A stretch of 44,291 nt of DNA from Betaproteobacteria bacterium (GTDB lineage Bacteria > Pseudomonadota > Gammaproteobacteria > Burkholderiales > SHXO01), in the NCBI GenBank assembly GCA_031379405.1, contig JANNFC010000383.1, forward strand, positions 1 to 44,291. Direction: 5' to 3'. Positions 1 through 10,635 of the stretch are shown here, piece by piece. The number at the start of each line of letters is the position of its first letter. Position 1 is the first letter of the stretch. The position numbers and the translations under genes are program-made. The notes under the pieces are model-generated. The model was given only the letters and a program-made list of their open reading frames with translations. It did no database searches and was not told where the DNA came from.

Positions 1-57
1 AGTACATAACGGGAGGCGTCGATCTGCCGATCTCTCCTGACAAGTAGGGAGAGGGCC

Positions 58-420
58 ATGCCAATCTATGAGTACCAATGCCAGACGTGCAGCGGCGAGT
101 TCACCGCCTTAAGACCCATGGCGCAATCCCATTGCACGAGCGAATGTCCGGAATGTGGCGAGCAGTCGCCGCGTGTCCTAATCACACCCCCCTCGCTTTC
201 GTGTGTAGCGGCAACGGATAGGCGAGCCCGCGAGGTCAATGAGCGCAGCGCCCACGAACCCATCTCTTCGGCGTCGATTTCTTCGGCGTGGCCGCGGGAC
301 GAGCGCAAGCATGGACGCGGTTGCCGATGTTGCTCCAGTGCGGGTAAATCAGGGGCGGATCGAACACCGGACGGGAGTAAAAGTTTTCCGACCAAACGCC
401 CATGGATGATCAGCCATTGA
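58..420 (+). CDS. FmdB-family zinc-ribbon protein (putative regulatory protein)
   Basis: The 120-aa ORF begins MPIYEYQCQTCSGEF and has two CxxC pairs (CQTC, CPEC) in the first ~35 aa. This is the typical N-terminus of the FmdB/CxxC_CxxC zinc-ribbon family. The remainder is low complexity. Confidence 0.7.
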   Translation: MPIYEYQCQTCSGEFTALRPMAQSHCTSECPECGEQSPRVLITPPSLSCVAATDRRAREVNERSAHEPISSASISSAWPRDERKHGRGCRCCSSAGKSGADRTPDGSKSFPTKRPWMISH

Positions 421-527
421 GACCTCCGCCGTTCGCACATTGTTTGAATCTGCCCTCACCAGGGCGCCAAGTTCCTTAGCGTCGGCAGGAGACCCCCGGC
501 TTTGCCGGGGATCCTTACCTGGATTCT

Positions 528-615
528 TGGCGGAAGCGGTGAGATTCGAACTCACGAACGGTTTCCCGTTGCTGGTTTTCAAGACCAGTGCAATCGACCA
601 CTCTGCCACGCTTCC
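528..615 (-). tRNA. tRNA-Ser (anticodon UGA), CCA encoded
   Basis: The reverse complement reads GGAAGCG-U-GGCAGAGTGGTCGATTGC-A-CTGGT-CTTGAAA-ACCAG-CAACGGGAAACCGTTC-GTGAG-TTCGAAT-CTCAC-CGCTTCC-G-CCA. It has a 7-bp acceptor stem, an anticodon loop CU-UGA-AA, a long variable arm (AACGG/CCGTT) typical of class II tRNA-Ser, and a canonical T-loop TTCGAAT. Confidence 0.88.
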
Positions 616-850
616 CGCATGCTTTTGCAAAGACCCGATCACCCGTTTTATTGGGTTCCATGCGCTCAACCACTCCACCACCATTTTGGTATGGATGCAC
701 TAAAGCACTGAATCGCGCCTAGGCGAGCCGGCTAGCCCACCTACGACGGGCATATTACCTGTAGTAGTATTCCGTTTCCACGTTAGGGTTGAAACTTATA
801 GGTATTTGCCCTATCTTAGGCTTAGCTAAACCGATGGAGATAAAGTAACC

Positions 851-1540
851 ATGGACACTCGAATCCCTGTGACATCCAGCACCACCGTCATCGGCACGGA
901 CCAGAACACGGTCCTGCGAAACACTTACTTGTTGCTGGCCTTCACCATGGTGCCTACGGTGGTGGGCGCCATGATCGGGATGGCAACGGGTGGTGTCATC
1001 ATGCAGCACCCGATAATCACCTCCCTGGTGATGCTGGGCGCGGTCATTGGGCTTCAATTCGCTATCGTGGCGAACCGGAACAGTGGCCTAGGCATCGCCC
1101 TTCTGCTAGCGATGACCTTCATCCTGGGATGGTGGTTGGGCCCTCTTCTAAGCGTCGTACTCAGGCTCTCGAATGGTGGTCAGCTGGTCGGCTTTGCCGC
1201 CGGGGGAACCGCCGCTGTGATGGTCACCATGGCGACCATCGCCACCACAACCAAGCGCGACTTCTCCTTTATGGGGAGATTTCTGTTTGTCGGAATGATC
1301 GTTTTGCTGGTGGCGATGCTCGCCAACATGTTCCTGCAGATCCCAGCGCTGGCGCTGACGATCTCTTCCCTGGTAATCGTCGTGTTCTCGCTGTTCCTGC
1401 TACATGATTTGTCCCGAATCGTGACGGGCGGCGAAACAAACTACGTGGTGGCCACCCTGGGCGTCTACATGAGCCTGTTCAACATCTTCGCCAACTTGCT
1501 CCAATTGCTGATGGCCTTCGCCGGGGGCGATCGAGAGTAG
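851..1540 (+). CDS. Bax inhibitor-1/YccA family inner-membrane protein
   Basis: The 229-aa polytopic hydrophobic protein has the family-typical N-terminus (TDQNTVLRNTYLLLAFTMVPTVVGA) and C-terminus (YVVATLGVYMSLFNIFANLLQLL). Confidence 0.85.
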   Translation: MDTRIPVTSSTTVIGTDQNTVLRNTYLLLAFTMVPTVVGAMIGMATGGVIMQHPIITSLVMLGAVIGLQFAIVANRNSGLGIALLLAMTFILGWWLGPLLSVVLRLSNGGQLVGFAAGGTAAVMVTMATIATTTKRDFSFMGRFLFVGMIVLLVAMLANMFLQIPALALTISSLVIVVFSLFLLHDLSRIVTGGETNYVVATLGVYMSLFNIFANLLQLLMAFAGGDRE

Positions 1541-1560
1541 TACTCGATTCGAGCCGTAAC

Positions 1561-1594
1561 AAAAGGGCCGGTTTATCCGGCCCTTTGCGTTTTC
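1561..1594. terminator. Bidirectional rho-independent terminator between the convergent BI-1 gene and rlmD
   Basis: A GC stem GGGCCGG (1565-1571) / CCGGCCC (1577-1583) with loop TTTAT is flanked by an A-run upstream and a T-rich tract downstream, so it can terminate either strand. Confidence 0.6.
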
Positions 1595-1597
1595 CGG

Positions 1598-2917
1598 CTA
1601 GCGCTCGAACAACGCCATGGATTCCACATGTGCGGTGTGCGGAAACATGTTGACGATGCCTACCGCCGATAGACGATAGCCCTTCTCTCGAACGAGCGTC
1701 CCCGCGTCCCTCGCCAGGGTAGCGGGATTGCAGGAAATGTAGACAATCCGACTGATCTGGCTCTCGGGTAAGGTCGCCACAACGGCTTGTGCCCCTTGCC
1801 TGGGGGGATCGATCAAGAGCTTGTCGATGTGCCCAAGAGTTCTCCATGCCTCCACGGTCATCTCAGTCAGATTTGCCACACGGTAACTTACCCGCTCGGA
1901 CAAGCTGTTTAGCACGGCGTTCTGCTGGCCTTTTTCCACCATGCCGGCGTTGCCTTCGACGCCCACCACTCTGGCTCCGCGACGCGCCAACGGCAATGAA
2001 AAATTTCCTAGTCCACAGTATAGATCCGCGATGCATTCGCCCGGTTGTGGATTCAACATGGAAACCGCCCGTCGTACGAGAACTCGATTCACGCCGTAAT
2101 TGATTTGCGTAAAGTCCATAGGCCCGAACCGTACTGAAACGCCAAACTCCGGCAGTGCATAACTTAGCTCATGCGCCGGATTTCCAAGCGGGTAGATGGA
2201 CTTGGGCCCCTTCGGTTGCAAGTAGATGTCGATGCCACGCTCTTCTCCGAATCGCCGCAAAGCTTCGCATTCCGCCTCGGAAAGCGGCTCCAGGTTCCGG
2301 AGCAGAAACACGGTCGCATTATCTGCAACAGACAGCTCCACTTGCGCGATGACCGCCCTGCTGTCGAACTCGGCCAGAAGAACGCGTAACGGGCTCAGCG
2401 CTTGCGATACAGGGGCCGGCAAGATAGCGCAGGAGCGCATGTCGACCACATGATGGCTGCGACGATCATTGAAGCCAATCAGCACTTCGTTCTTCTTCTT
2501 GACGAAACGGACCGACAAACGCGCGCGATGCCTATAAGCCCAATACGGTCCGTGGATGGGAGGAAGGATGCATTCCGGAGTAACCCCACCCAATCGCTTC
2601 AGGTCCTCCTCGAGAATGCGCTGTTTGATGGCCACTTGTGCGCGCGGCTCGATGTGCTGCATGCTGCATCCGCCGCAGCGCCCGAAGTAGGGGCACTTGG
2701 GATCCACACGCTGCACGCTTTCCCGATGAATGTGGGTGGCAGCGGCAAATTCGTGTCGCAGCTTCGTTTGAAACACGCGGAAGGTCACGCGCTCGCCAGT
2801 GATTCCACCCTCGACGAACACTACCTTTCCGTGCACGCGTCCCACGCCTCGTCCTTCGTGGTCTACGGAATCGATATCCACCAAGCCGGTCGACTCAGCC
2901 AAATCCATAAATGTCAT
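1598..2917 (-). CDS. rlmD: 23S rRNA (uracil1939-C5)-methyltransferase RlmD (RumA)
   Basis: The 439-aa protein has an N-terminal TRAM-like region (GRGVGRVHGKVVFVEGGITGERV), the 4Fe-4S cysteine cluster CPYFGRCGGCSMQH, and a C-terminal SAM-MTase with DLYCGLGNFSLPLA and the ISCNPATLARD motif. Confidence 0.88.
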   Translation of the reverse strand: MTFMDLAESTGLVDIDSVDHEGRGVGRVHGKVVFVEGGITGERVTFRVFQTKLRHEFAAATHIHRESVQRVDPKCPYFGRCGGCSMQHIEPRAQVAIKQRILEEDLKRLGGVTPECILPPIHGPYWAYRHRARLSVRFVKKKNEVLIGFNDRRSHHVVDMRSCAILPAPVSQALSPLRVLLAEFDSRAVIAQVELSVADNATVFLLRNLEPLSEAECEALRRFGEERGIDIYLQPKGPKSIYPLGNPAHELSYALPEFGVSVRFGPMDFTQINYGVNRVLVRRAVSMLNPQPGECIADLYCGLGNFSLPLARRGARVVGVEGNAGMVEKGQQNAVLNSLSERVSYRVANLTEMTVEAWRTLGHIDKLLIDPPRQGAQAVVATLPESQISRIVYISCNPATLARDAGTLVREKGYRLSAVGIVNMFPHTAHVESMALFER

Positions 2918-2932
2918 GTTCCGATGTAAACT

Positions 2933-3712
2933 TCAGGAGGTTGGCCAGCGCGCCAAGAATTCCTGCCAATGTTTTCCAGGCGCTTTCTGCAAGGTGGCAC
3001 GAGCCAACTCGATCTCGCGATCATAATCTTCGCGTGTGAAGTGCCCCCGCATCAACTGAAAACGCAAGAAGACCAGAAAAGTATTGGCCGTATCCGTTTC
3101 ACAGTAATGGCGAATATCGGCGATACCGCCTTGCTGATAGGATTCCCACACTTTGGATCCATCCATGCCCAACTTGCCGGGAAATCCCAACAGTTGCGCG
3201 ATCTGATCCAGCGGTGCGCTGGCACGTCCTTGATATAGCGCCAGCAAATCCATCAAGTCCAAGTGGCGCGAATGATAGCGACTGATATAGTTGTTGTATT
3301 TGAAGTCGCGGTCCTCGTCGCCTTGATTCCAGTAACGCGCCGCCTGTACCCCGTGCAGCAATGAGCGATAGTGAAGCACAGGCAAATCAAATCCGCCACC
3401 ATTCCAGGATACGAGTTGCGGAGTGAACTTCTCAACGCCGTCGAAGAAGCGCTGGATCAGTGCCGCTTCGTCGTCGGCCGGTGTTCCCAAGCTCCACACG
3501 TGAAACCCGTCCTTGTCGCGCAGTGCGCAGGCGATGGCCACCACTCGATGTAGATGCAACGGTAGAAAATCGCTGCCCGTCGTTTGGCGCCGTTGATAGA
3601 ACGCCAATTCGGCCACATCCTTGTCCGAGACGTCCTGGCCTAGTCCATACAGACGGCGAATGCCCGCCGTATCGGGAACAGTTTCTATGTCAAACACAAG
3701 AACGGGAGCCAT
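2933..3712 (-). CDS. Predicted 3'-5' exonuclease (RNase H-like fold, PolB-exonuclease-related family)
   Basis: The 259-aa protein starts VLVFDIETVPD (Exo I-like DxE). It also contains SWNGGGFDLPVL (Exo II-like) and HYCETDTANT (Exo III-like YxxxD). Confidence 0.75.
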   Translation of the reverse strand: MAPVLVFDIETVPDTAGIRRLYGLGQDVSDKDVAELAFYQRRQTTGSDFLPLHLHRVVAIACALRDKDGFHVWSLGTPADDEAALIQRFFDGVEKFTPQLVSWNGGGFDLPVLHYRSLLHGVQAARYWNQGDEDRDFKYNNYISRYHSRHLDLMDLLALYQGRASAPLDQIAQLLGFPGKLGMDGSKVWESYQQGGIADIRHYCETDTANTFLVFLRFQLMRGHFTREDYDREIELARATLQKAPGKHWQEFLARWPTS

Positions 3713-3743
3713 CAGATCACGCGAAAGTAAGTGGTAAGTGGAC

Positions 3744-3776
3744 GAAATCGTGGAGGAAATCGTGGAGGAAATCGCC
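3744..3776. repeat. 12-bp tandem repeat, ~2.7 copies (GAAATCGTGGAG)
   Basis: Read directly from the sequence: gaaatcgtggag gaaatcgtggag gaaatcgcc. It lies in the divergent intergenic region between the exonuclease gene and pckG. Confidence 0.8.
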
Positions 3777-3892
3777 AGGCCGCGATTCTAGAATCGGCCG
3801 TATGAGCCGCAGCTGGCGAGCTTCATGCTATCATCGCCCGGATCTTCAACTAACTATGATCGCCGTTCGACTGTTAGTGCCTTGCGATCACC

Positions 3893-5722
3893 ATGCTTGT
3901 GGATTCCAAACCCAACTTCCCCCTCCGTCATAAGAAACTAACTCAATGGGTGGAAGAAACTGCCCAGTTAACTCAGCCCGACCAAATCCTCTGGTGCGAT
4001 GGTTCCAAATCCGAGTACGACAGGCTGTGCGCAGAGTTAGTACGATCAGGCACCCTAAAACCGCTCGATCCCGCCAAGCGTCCGAATAGTTACCTCGCGC
4101 TGTCCGACCCCACCGACGTTGCTCGGGTCGAGGATCGAACCTACATCTGCAGCGTGCACAAGAGCGATGCCGGACCCACCAATAACTGGGTCGATCCGCG
4201 CGCGATGAAGTCAACGCTGCGCGGGCTCTTCGACAGTTGCATGCGCGGTCGCACCATGTATGTCGTCCCCTTCAGTATGGGCCCGATCGGATCGGAGTTG
4301 TCCCATATCGGCGTCGAGATTACGGATTCTGCGTACGTTGCACTCAGTATGGGAGTCATGACACGCATGGGCCGCGCAGCCCTCGACGCCTTGGGCGAAG
4401 ACGGCGACTTTGTTCCGTGCCTGCATTCCGTGGGCGCGCCGCTTGCGCACGGAGAGAAAGACGTATCCTGGCCCAGCAACAAACAACACAAGTACATTGT
4501 CCATTTTCCCGAAGAGCGCGCCATCTGGTCCTTCGGCAGCGGATATGGCGGCAACGCCTTACTAGGCAAGAAGTGCTTTGCATTGCGCATTGCCTCCTGC
4601 ATGGCACGCGAGCAGGGTTGGCTGGCCGAGCACATGTTGATCGTCTGCGTGGAATCACCCCAAGGTGAACGCACTTACGTTGCCGCAGCCTTTCCCAGTG
4701 CCTGTGGAAAGACGAACTTCGCCATGCTCATTCCACCGGCGGGATTCGAAGGTTGGAAAGTCACCACCATCGGCGACGACATCGCATGGATTCGACCGGG
4801 GAGCGACGGCAGGCTCTACGCCATCAACCCGGAATACGGATTCTTTGGCGTTGCACCGGGCACGTCGCGCAAATCCAATCCGAATGCGATGGACACGCTG
4901 AAGGGCAACTGCATCTTTACCAATGTTGCGCAGACACTCGATGGCGATGTGTGGTGGGAAGAGATGACAGACACGCCACCTGCCGAGCTCATCGATTGGC
5001 GGGGCAACCGTTGGACACCCGATTGCGGACGCAAAGCCGCGCACCCCAACGCGCGCTTCACCGTGCCTGCCGCACAATGCCCATCCATCGCACAGGATTG
5101 GGAGAATCCTCAAGGGGTACCGATCAGCGCCTTCGTATTTGGCGGTCGTCGCAGCACCAACGTCCCGCTCGTCCTGGAGAGTTTCAATTGGAACGATGGC
5201 GTATACATGGCCTCCACCATGAGCTCGGAAACCACGGCAGCGGCGGCAGGTAAGACGGGCGAAGTGCGCCGCGATCCCATGGCCATGCTACCGTTCTGCG
5301 GGTATCACATCGGCGACTACTTCAACCACTGGTTAAAGATGGGTCAGCGTATTTCGCAGCATCCAAAAATCTTCTGCGTCAACTGGTTTCGCAAGGGTGC
5401 CAACGGCAAATTCCTGTGGCCGGGCTACGGCGAAAACATGCGCGTATTGAAGTGGATTGTCGACCGGTGCCGCAATCGCACCGGCGCGGTGCGAAGCGTG
5501 TTGGGATGGATGCCCAGTCGAGAAGATCTGGAGTGGACCGGACTCGAGAGTGTCTCGGCATCGCAATTCCAGGAACTGATGGCCATCGATCGGAACGCTT
5601 GGATACAGGAAGTGGGCCTGCACGAAGAACTGTTCACCAAGATCGGAGACAAATTGCCTTCCGAGTTCTCGAGCAAACGAGTGGCGCTGTTGCAAACCCT
5701 TCGCGACGGTGCGGCTCGATAA
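3893..5722 (+). CDS. pckG: Phosphoenolpyruvate carboxykinase (GTP)
   Basis: The 609-aa protein carries GTP-PEPCK signatures: FPSACGKTN (kinase-1a P-loop), [16 protein letters not shown] and [26 protein letters not shown]. Confidence 0.92.
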   Translation: MLVDSKPNFPLRHKKLTQWVEETAQLTQPDQILWCDGSKSEYDRLCAELVRSGTLKPLDPAKRPNSYLALSDPTDVARVEDRTYICSVHKSDAGPTNNWVDPRAMKSTLRGLFDSCMRGRTMYVVPFSMGPIGSELSHIGVEITDSAYVALSMGVMTRMGRAALDALGEDGDFVPCLHSVGAPLAHGEKDVSWPSNKQHKYIVHFPEERAIWSFGSGYGGNALLGKKCFALRIASCMAREQGWLAEHMLIVCVESPQGERTYVAAAFPSACGKTNFAMLIPPAGFEGWKVTTIGDDIAWIRPGSDGRLYAINPEYGFFGVAPGTSRKSNPNAMDTLKGNCIFTNVAQTLDGDVWWEEMTDTPPAELIDWRGNRWTPDCGRKAAHPNARFTVPAAQCPSIAQDWENPQGVPISAFVFGGRRSTNVPLVLESFNWNDGVYMASTMSSETTAAAAGKTGEVRRDPMAMLPFCGYHIGDYFNHWLKMGQRISQHPKIFCVNWFRKGANGKFLWPGYGENMRVLKWIVDRCRNRTGAVRSVLGWMPSREDLEWTGLESVSASQFQELMAIDRNAWIQEVGLHEELFTKIGDKLPSEFSSKRVALLQTLRDGAAR

Positions 5723-5734
5723 CGTAGTAGGTCT

Positions 5735-6619
5735 CTAGCCGAACACGCCCGTTGACAGATACCGGTCGCCACGATCGCATACGATCGTAACGATCACGGC
5801 GTTTTCCAATTCGGCGTTGAGCTTTAGCGCTGCCCACATCGCCCCGCCGGAGGACACGCCCGCGAAGATTCCTTCTTCCGTGGCCATTTGTCGCATGCTC
5901 TGCTCCGCATCGATCTGACTCACTTCGATAACGCGATCCACCCGCTTCGCTTCAAAAATCCGAGGGAGATATTCTTCCGGCCACTTGCGAATGCCGGGAA
6001 TCTGCGAACCCGGCGTGGGGTGGCATCCGATGATTTGAATGTTCGGATTCTTCTCCTTCAGGTAGCGCGAGCATCCCATGATGGTTCCGGTGGTCCCCAT
6101 GCTGCTCACAAAGTGCGTGATCTTGCCTTGCGTATCGCGCCAGATTTCCGGTCCCGTCGTTTCATAGTGCGCACGCGGATTATCCGGATTGGCGAATTGA
6201 TCAAGAATCCGTCCCTCGCCGCGAGCTTCCATGGCAGTGGCCACATCGCGTGCCTCTTCCATCCCTCCGGCTTGCGGCGTCAATACAAACTTGGAACCGA
6301 AGGCAGCCATGGTCTGCCGCCGCTCCGCGCTCAAATGCTCGGGCATGACCAGGATGAGCTTATAGCCACGCATGGCCGCCACCATGGCCAATGCAATACC
6401 CGTATTCCCGCTCGTGGGTTCGATCAGCGTGTCACCGGGTTTGATTTCTCCGCGCTCTTCGGCCCGCAAGATCATGGAAAGCGCCGGACGATCCTTCACA
6501 GAGCCTGCCGGATTATTTCCCTCCAGTTTGCCCAGCAAGATGTTGGACGAACGACCTGGCAGCCGTTTGAGTTGCACCAACGGCGTGTTACCGACAAATG
6601 ATTCTAATGTTCGATTCAC
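5735..6619 (-). CDS. cysM: Cysteine synthase B (O-acetylserine sulfhydrylase B)
   Basis: The 294-aa protein aligns by eye with E. coli CysM: GNTPLVQLKRL, KLEGNNPAGSVKDRPALSMI (PLP lysine) and EPTSGNTGIALAMVAAMRGY. Its start overlaps the hldD stop by 4 nt. Confidence 0.85.
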   Translation of the reverse strand: MNRTLESFVGNTPLVQLKRLPGRSSNILLGKLEGNNPAGSVKDRPALSMILRAEERGEIKPGDTLIEPTSGNTGIALAMVAAMRGYKLILVMPEHLSAERRQTMAAFGSKFVLTPQAGGMEEARDVATAMEARGEGRILDQFANPDNPRAHYETTGPEIWRDTQGKITHFVSSMGTTGTIMGCSRYLKEKNPNIQIIGCHPTPGSQIPGIRKWPEEYLPRIFEAKRVDRVIEVSQIDAEQSMRQMATEEGIFAGVSSGGAMWAALKLNAELENAVIVTIVCDRGDRYLSTGVFG

Positions 6620-7617
6620 TTTTGTTCTCTTCCTAACAACCAGGGCACATAGCGCGACACGCCCTCATTCACGCTGCTCATCGCAGCCCCATATCCTGCC
6701 TGCAGCAGGCGCGAGAGGTTCGCTTGCGTATAGCTTTGGTACTTATTTCTCAATCCTTCTGGAAATGCGACGTACTGAATCTCCTCCTTCACGCGCAGTT
6801 CATCCAAGGAATATTCGGCATCGCCTCGATCGCGCCGCGCCGCATTGATGGTTGCCGCCGCCACTTCGTTGAAAGTCTGCGCGCGCCCCGTGCCGACGTT
6901 GAAAATGCCCGCGACTTCGCCGTGATCCAAGCAAAACAGATTGACCTTCACCGCATCGTCCACGTACACGAAGTCGCGTAGTTGCTCGCCCGCATCATAG
7001 CCGCCGCTCCCCTCGAACAGGCGTACATAACCATCGGCCAAATACTGGTTCAAGAAATGAAAGGCAACCGAAGCCATGCGAGCTTTGTGCGATTCTCGCG
7101 GTCCGTAGACATTGAAGTAACGCAACCCCACCACCGGCGCGCCGCGATCGTTCCAGTGGCGCCGCACGTACTGATCGAACAGCGCCTTGGAATAGCCATA
7201 GACGTTCAGCGGTTGTTCATAAGTGTCGTCTTCCTCGAACACCGTTCCCGATCCGTACACCGCCGCGGAGGAGGCGTAGATAAACGGAATGGCATGTTCG
7301 CGACAAAAATCGAACAATTCCACCGAATAGCGATAATTGTTCTCCATCATGTAGCGGCCATCGCTTTCCATGGTGTCGGAACAAGCGCCTTGATGCAACA
7401 CCGCTCTGAGCTTGCGCCGCCAAGGCGCGTGTTTGAGCGTGGCGAGAAGCACACTCTTGTCGTAGTAGTCTGCAAATCGACAATTCGATAGATTCTTGAA
7501 CTTGTCGCCGCGCATCAGGTTGTCCACCGCGATGACGTCCGTGTCACCCCGAGCATTGAGCGCATGCAGGATGTTGGAGCCAATGAATCCCGCCGCACCC
7601 GTCAAGAGAATCGTCAT
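6616..7617 (-). CDS. hldD: ADP-glyceromanno-heptose 6-epimerase
   Basis: The 333-aa SDR has the Rossmann motif TGAAGFIGSN, followed by VIAVDNL..GDKFKNL and the catalytic YGYSK. Confidence 0.9.
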   Translation of the reverse strand: MTILLTGAAGFIGSNILHALNARGDTDVIAVDNLMRGDKFKNLSNCRFADYYDKSVLLATLKHAPWRRKLRAVLHQGACSDTMESDGRYMMENNYRYSVELFDFCREHAIPFIYASSAAVYGSGTVFEEDDTYEQPLNVYGYSKALFDQYVRRHWNDRGAPVVGLRYFNVYGPRESHKARMASVAFHFLNQYLADGYVRLFEGSGGYDAGEQLRDFVYVDDAVKVNLFCLDHGEVAGIFNVGTGRAQTFNEVAAATINAARRDRGDAEYSLDELRVKEEIQYVAFPEGLRNKYQSYTQANLSRLLQAGYGAAMSSVNEGVSRYVPWLLGREQK

Positions 7618-7624
7618 ACTCTAT

Positions 7625-8566
7625 CTATCCAAAAAGTTCGTTCGGGCGGACCACGGCCGTACCCAGCTTGCCTACGACGATACCGGCGGCCTTGTTGGCC
7701 CACTGTACCGACTCCGCCAGCGTCAGCCCGCTGGCCAGCATGGCGCCGAGAATGGCGATCACGGTATCGCCTGCCCCACTGACGTCGTAGACTTCCTTCG
7801 CCACTGCCGGAACATGTGTCGCGGCATTGGCTTCATACAATGACATACCTTCCTCGCTGCGCGTCACTAGCAGCGCGTCCAAATTCAAGGAATGCCGCAG
7901 CGCTTGCGCGCGCGCGGTCATGTCCGCCTCGCTTTTCCAACTCCCCACCACTTCACGAAACTCAGAGCGATTCGGCGTGAGCACGGTGGCATCGCGAAAG
8001 CGCTCGTAGTCGTCGCCCTTCGGGTCCACCAACACCGGCTTTCCGTGTTGCCTGGCGCGCGCAATCATCTGCTCAATGTGCGCTAATCCGCCCTTGCCAT
8101 AATCGGAGAAGATAACGACATCGGCGCTTCCTATGCGATCGTCAAAACCCGCGAGTTTCGATGCCAGCGCGCGCTCATCGGGAACGTTCTCGAAATCGAT
8201 CCGCAAGAGTTGCTGTTGGCGCCCGATGACACGCAGCTTTACAGTGGTCTTGAGCGTCGGATCGCGTGTGAACGCGACACTGATGCCGTCTTCGCGCAAC
8301 AGTCGCTCCAACTCCTGTCCCGCATCGTCTTCACCGGTCACCGCCAGTAATTCTACCTGGGCACCGATGGCCGCCGCATTGCGCGCGACGTTGGCGGCGC
8401 CGCCGGCACGCACTTCTTCGCGCGTAATACGCGCGATGGGAACGGGCGCTTCTGGCGAGATTCTACTGACGTCACCAAACCAATAACGGTCCAGCATGAC
8501 GTCACCCACGACGAGCAGACGAACGGTAGATAGATTGGGTGGCTTGGGTAAATTATTCACTGGCAT
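7625..8566 (-). CDS. hldA: D-glycero-beta-D-manno-heptose-7-phosphate kinase (RfaE domain I type, stand-alone)
   Basis: The 313-aa PfkB/ribokinase-family protein contains VLVVGDVMLDRYWFG, GGAANVARN and the DVSGAGDT motif. It has no adenylyltransferase domain. Confidence 0.82.
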   Translation of the reverse strand: MPVNNLPKPPNLSTVRLLVVGDVMLDRYWFGDVSRISPEAPVPIARITREEVRAGGAANVARNAAAIGAQVELLAVTGEDDAGQELERLLREDGISVAFTRDPTLKTTVKLRVIGRQQQLLRIDFENVPDERALASKLAGFDDRIGSADVVIFSDYGKGGLAHIEQMIARARQHGKPVLVDPKGDDYERFRDATVLTPNRSEFREVVGSWKSEADMTARAQALRHSLNLDALLVTRSEEGMSLYEANAATHVPAVAKEVYDVSGAGDTVIAILGAMLASGLTLAESVQWANKAAGIVVGKLGTAVVRPNELFG

Positions 8567-8571
8567 GCGGG

Positions 8572-9894
8572 CTACGGCCGACCGATCGCGTGATATTCCA
8601 ACCCAAACTCTCGGACCAGGGTCGGATCGTACAAATTGCGGCCGTCAAATATCACGGGATGCTTGAGCTGAGCCTTGATCTCGGAAAACTCCGGGCTGCG
8701 AAACGCCTTCCACTCCGTCACGATGACCAGCGCACTTGCGCCTTGCAGCGCTTTGATCGGCGCATCGCCGTAGGAAATGCGCGGCTCGTTGCCGAATACC
8801 GCTTTGGCCTCCGTCATGGCGATGGGATCGTAGGCACAAATGCTGGCGCCACGGTCGAGCAATGCTCGTACGATCACCTGGCTCGGCGCTTCACGCATAT
8901 CGTCCGTATTGGGTTTGAAAGCCAGACCCCATAACGCAAAGTGATGGCCGGCAAGGTTCTCGCCAAAGCGCGCCACCATCTTCTGAATCAAGCGCATCTT
9001 CTGTGCTTCGTTGGCCTTCTCCACTGCATCCAGAATGCGCATTCCGAGCCCGTGGTCTTGCGCGGTCCGCTTCAGCGCTTTCACGTCCTTCGGAAAGCAT
9101 GAGCCGCCGTATCCGCACCCCGGGTAGAGGAAGTCATAGCCAATCCGCGGGTCCGAGCCAATGCCTACGCGCACCTTCTCGATATCGGCACCCAACTTTT
9201 CCGCGAGGTTCGCCAATTCGTTCATGAACGAGATGCGTGTGGCCAACATGGCGTTGGCGGCGTATTTGGTGAGTTCGGCGGAACGCACGTCCATCACAAA
9301 GATGCGTTCGTGATTGCGCTGCAGCGGGGCGTACAGCATGCGCATGAGTTGCGTCGCGCGCTCGTCATCGGATCCCACGACAATGCGGTCCGGTCGCATA
9401 AAATCCTCCACCGCCGCGCCCTCTTTGAGAAACTCTGGATTCGACACCACACTGAAAGGAAGCTGCACGCCGCGCGCGGCCAGTTCCTCCGCGATGACCG
9501 CCTTCACTCGGTCTGCCGTCCCTACAGGCACGGTGGATTTGTCCACTACGACACGATAGTCCGGCATCAGGCGACCAATGTTGCGCGCCGCCGCCACCAC
9601 GTAGCTTAGATCCGCGGACCCATCCTCCTCTGGAGGCGTGCCCACTGCGATGAGTTGCAGCGTACCGTGGCGTACGCTTTCCTCCACGCTGGTGGTGAAA
9701 CGCAGGCGCCCCGCGGCCACGTTGCCCATCACCAGGGCATCGAGACCGGGCTCGTGAATCGGAATGTCGCCCTCACGCAGCCGGCCGATTTTTTTCTCGT
9801 CAAGGTCCAGACACAACACATCGTTGCCTAGCTCCGCCAGGCAAGTGCCGGTGACCAAGCCCACATACCCCGTGCCGATGATGCTTACTTTCAA
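8572..9894 (-). CDS. ugd: UDP-glucose 6-dehydrogenase
   Basis: The 440-aa protein has the N-terminal [17 protein letters not shown] Rossmann motif and the catalytic [10 protein letters not shown] motif. Confidence 0.9.
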   Translation of the reverse strand: MKVSIIGTGYVGLVTGTCLAELGNDVLCLDLDEKKIGRLREGDIPIHEPGLDALVMGNVAAGRLRFTTSVEESVRHGTLQLIAVGTPPEEDGSADLSYVVAAARNIGRLMPDYRVVVDKSTVPVGTADRVKAVIAEELAARGVQLPFSVVSNPEFLKEGAAVEDFMRPDRIVVGSDDERATQLMRMLYAPLQRNHERIFVMDVRSAELTKYAANAMLATRISFMNELANLAEKLGADIEKVRVGIGSDPRIGYDFLYPGCGYGGSCFPKDVKALKRTAQDHGLGMRILDAVEKANEAQKMRLIQKMVARFGENLAGHHFALWGLAFKPNTDDMREAPSQVIVRALLDRGASICAYDPIAMTEAKAVFGNEPRISYGDAPIKALQGASALVIVTEWKAFRSPEFSEIKAQLKHPVIFDGRNLYDPTLVREFGLEYHAIGRP

Positions 9895-9905
9895 TGTCTA
9901 GCTCC

Positions 9906-10622
9906 TCACGCCGAACCAGCGGAAGCAATCGCCTGAATCGTAGCGCGCAACACCGCATTGGGTTCCTTTGCGCGCGTAATCGATCTGCCCATGACCAAGT
10001 ACGATGCGCCCATCTCGATGGCATCTCGCGCTGTGGTAACGCGTTTCTGATCCTGTGCCCCTTCCCCCGCCAGACGGATGCCGGGCGTCACTAGTAAGAA
10101 CTGTCCCCCTCGCTCCGCCCTTAACCTGCTCGCCTCTTGCGCCGAGCACACCACCCCGTCCAATCCACATCGGGCGCTAAGAGCCGCCAGTCGAGACACG
10201 CTATCTTCGACGCCCCCTTCAATACCCAGGTCCACCAGATCCTCGGCAGTCATGCTAGTCAGCAAAGTGACGGCGATCAAGTGAGGTCGGGGTCCAGCGA
10301 TCGAGTCCACGGCCTCACGTGCGGCCGACAGCATTCCACGCCCGCCCAGTGCATGCACGTTCAGCATCCAGACCCCCAGGCGTGCCGTCGATTTACAGGC
10401 TTGCGCGACGGTGTTGGGTATATCGTGAAATTTTAGGTCGAGGAACACATCGAAACCCTGTCGTACCAATCCCTCGACGAACTTAGGGCCGGCGGCAGTG
10501 AACAACTCTTTTCCCACCTTCAACCGGCATAGCGATGCGTCGAGTGTCCTCACAAATGCCTCAGCGGACCCAGCTTCCGGGTAATCCAAAGCAACGATGA
10601 TTCTAGGGCCGCGCGTTTCCAC
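9906..10622 (-). CDS. pyrF: Orotidine-5'-phosphate decarboxylase
   Basis: The 238-aa protein contains [20 protein letters not shown] (active-site DxKxxD) and VMGRSIT. Confidence 0.9.
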   Translation of the reverse strand: METRGPRIIVALDYPEAGSAEAFVRTLDASLCRLKVGKELFTAAGPKFVEGLVRQGFDVFLDLKFHDIPNTVAQACKSTARLGVWMLNVHALGGRGMLSAAREAVDSIAGPRPHLIAVTLLTSMTAEDLVDLGIEGGVEDSVSRLAALSARCGLDGVVCSAQEASRLRAERGGQFLLVTPGIRLAGEGAQDQKRVTTARDAIEMGASYLVMGRSITRAKEPNAVLRATIQAIASAGSA

Positions 10623-10635
10623 TAATTTTGTCCCC

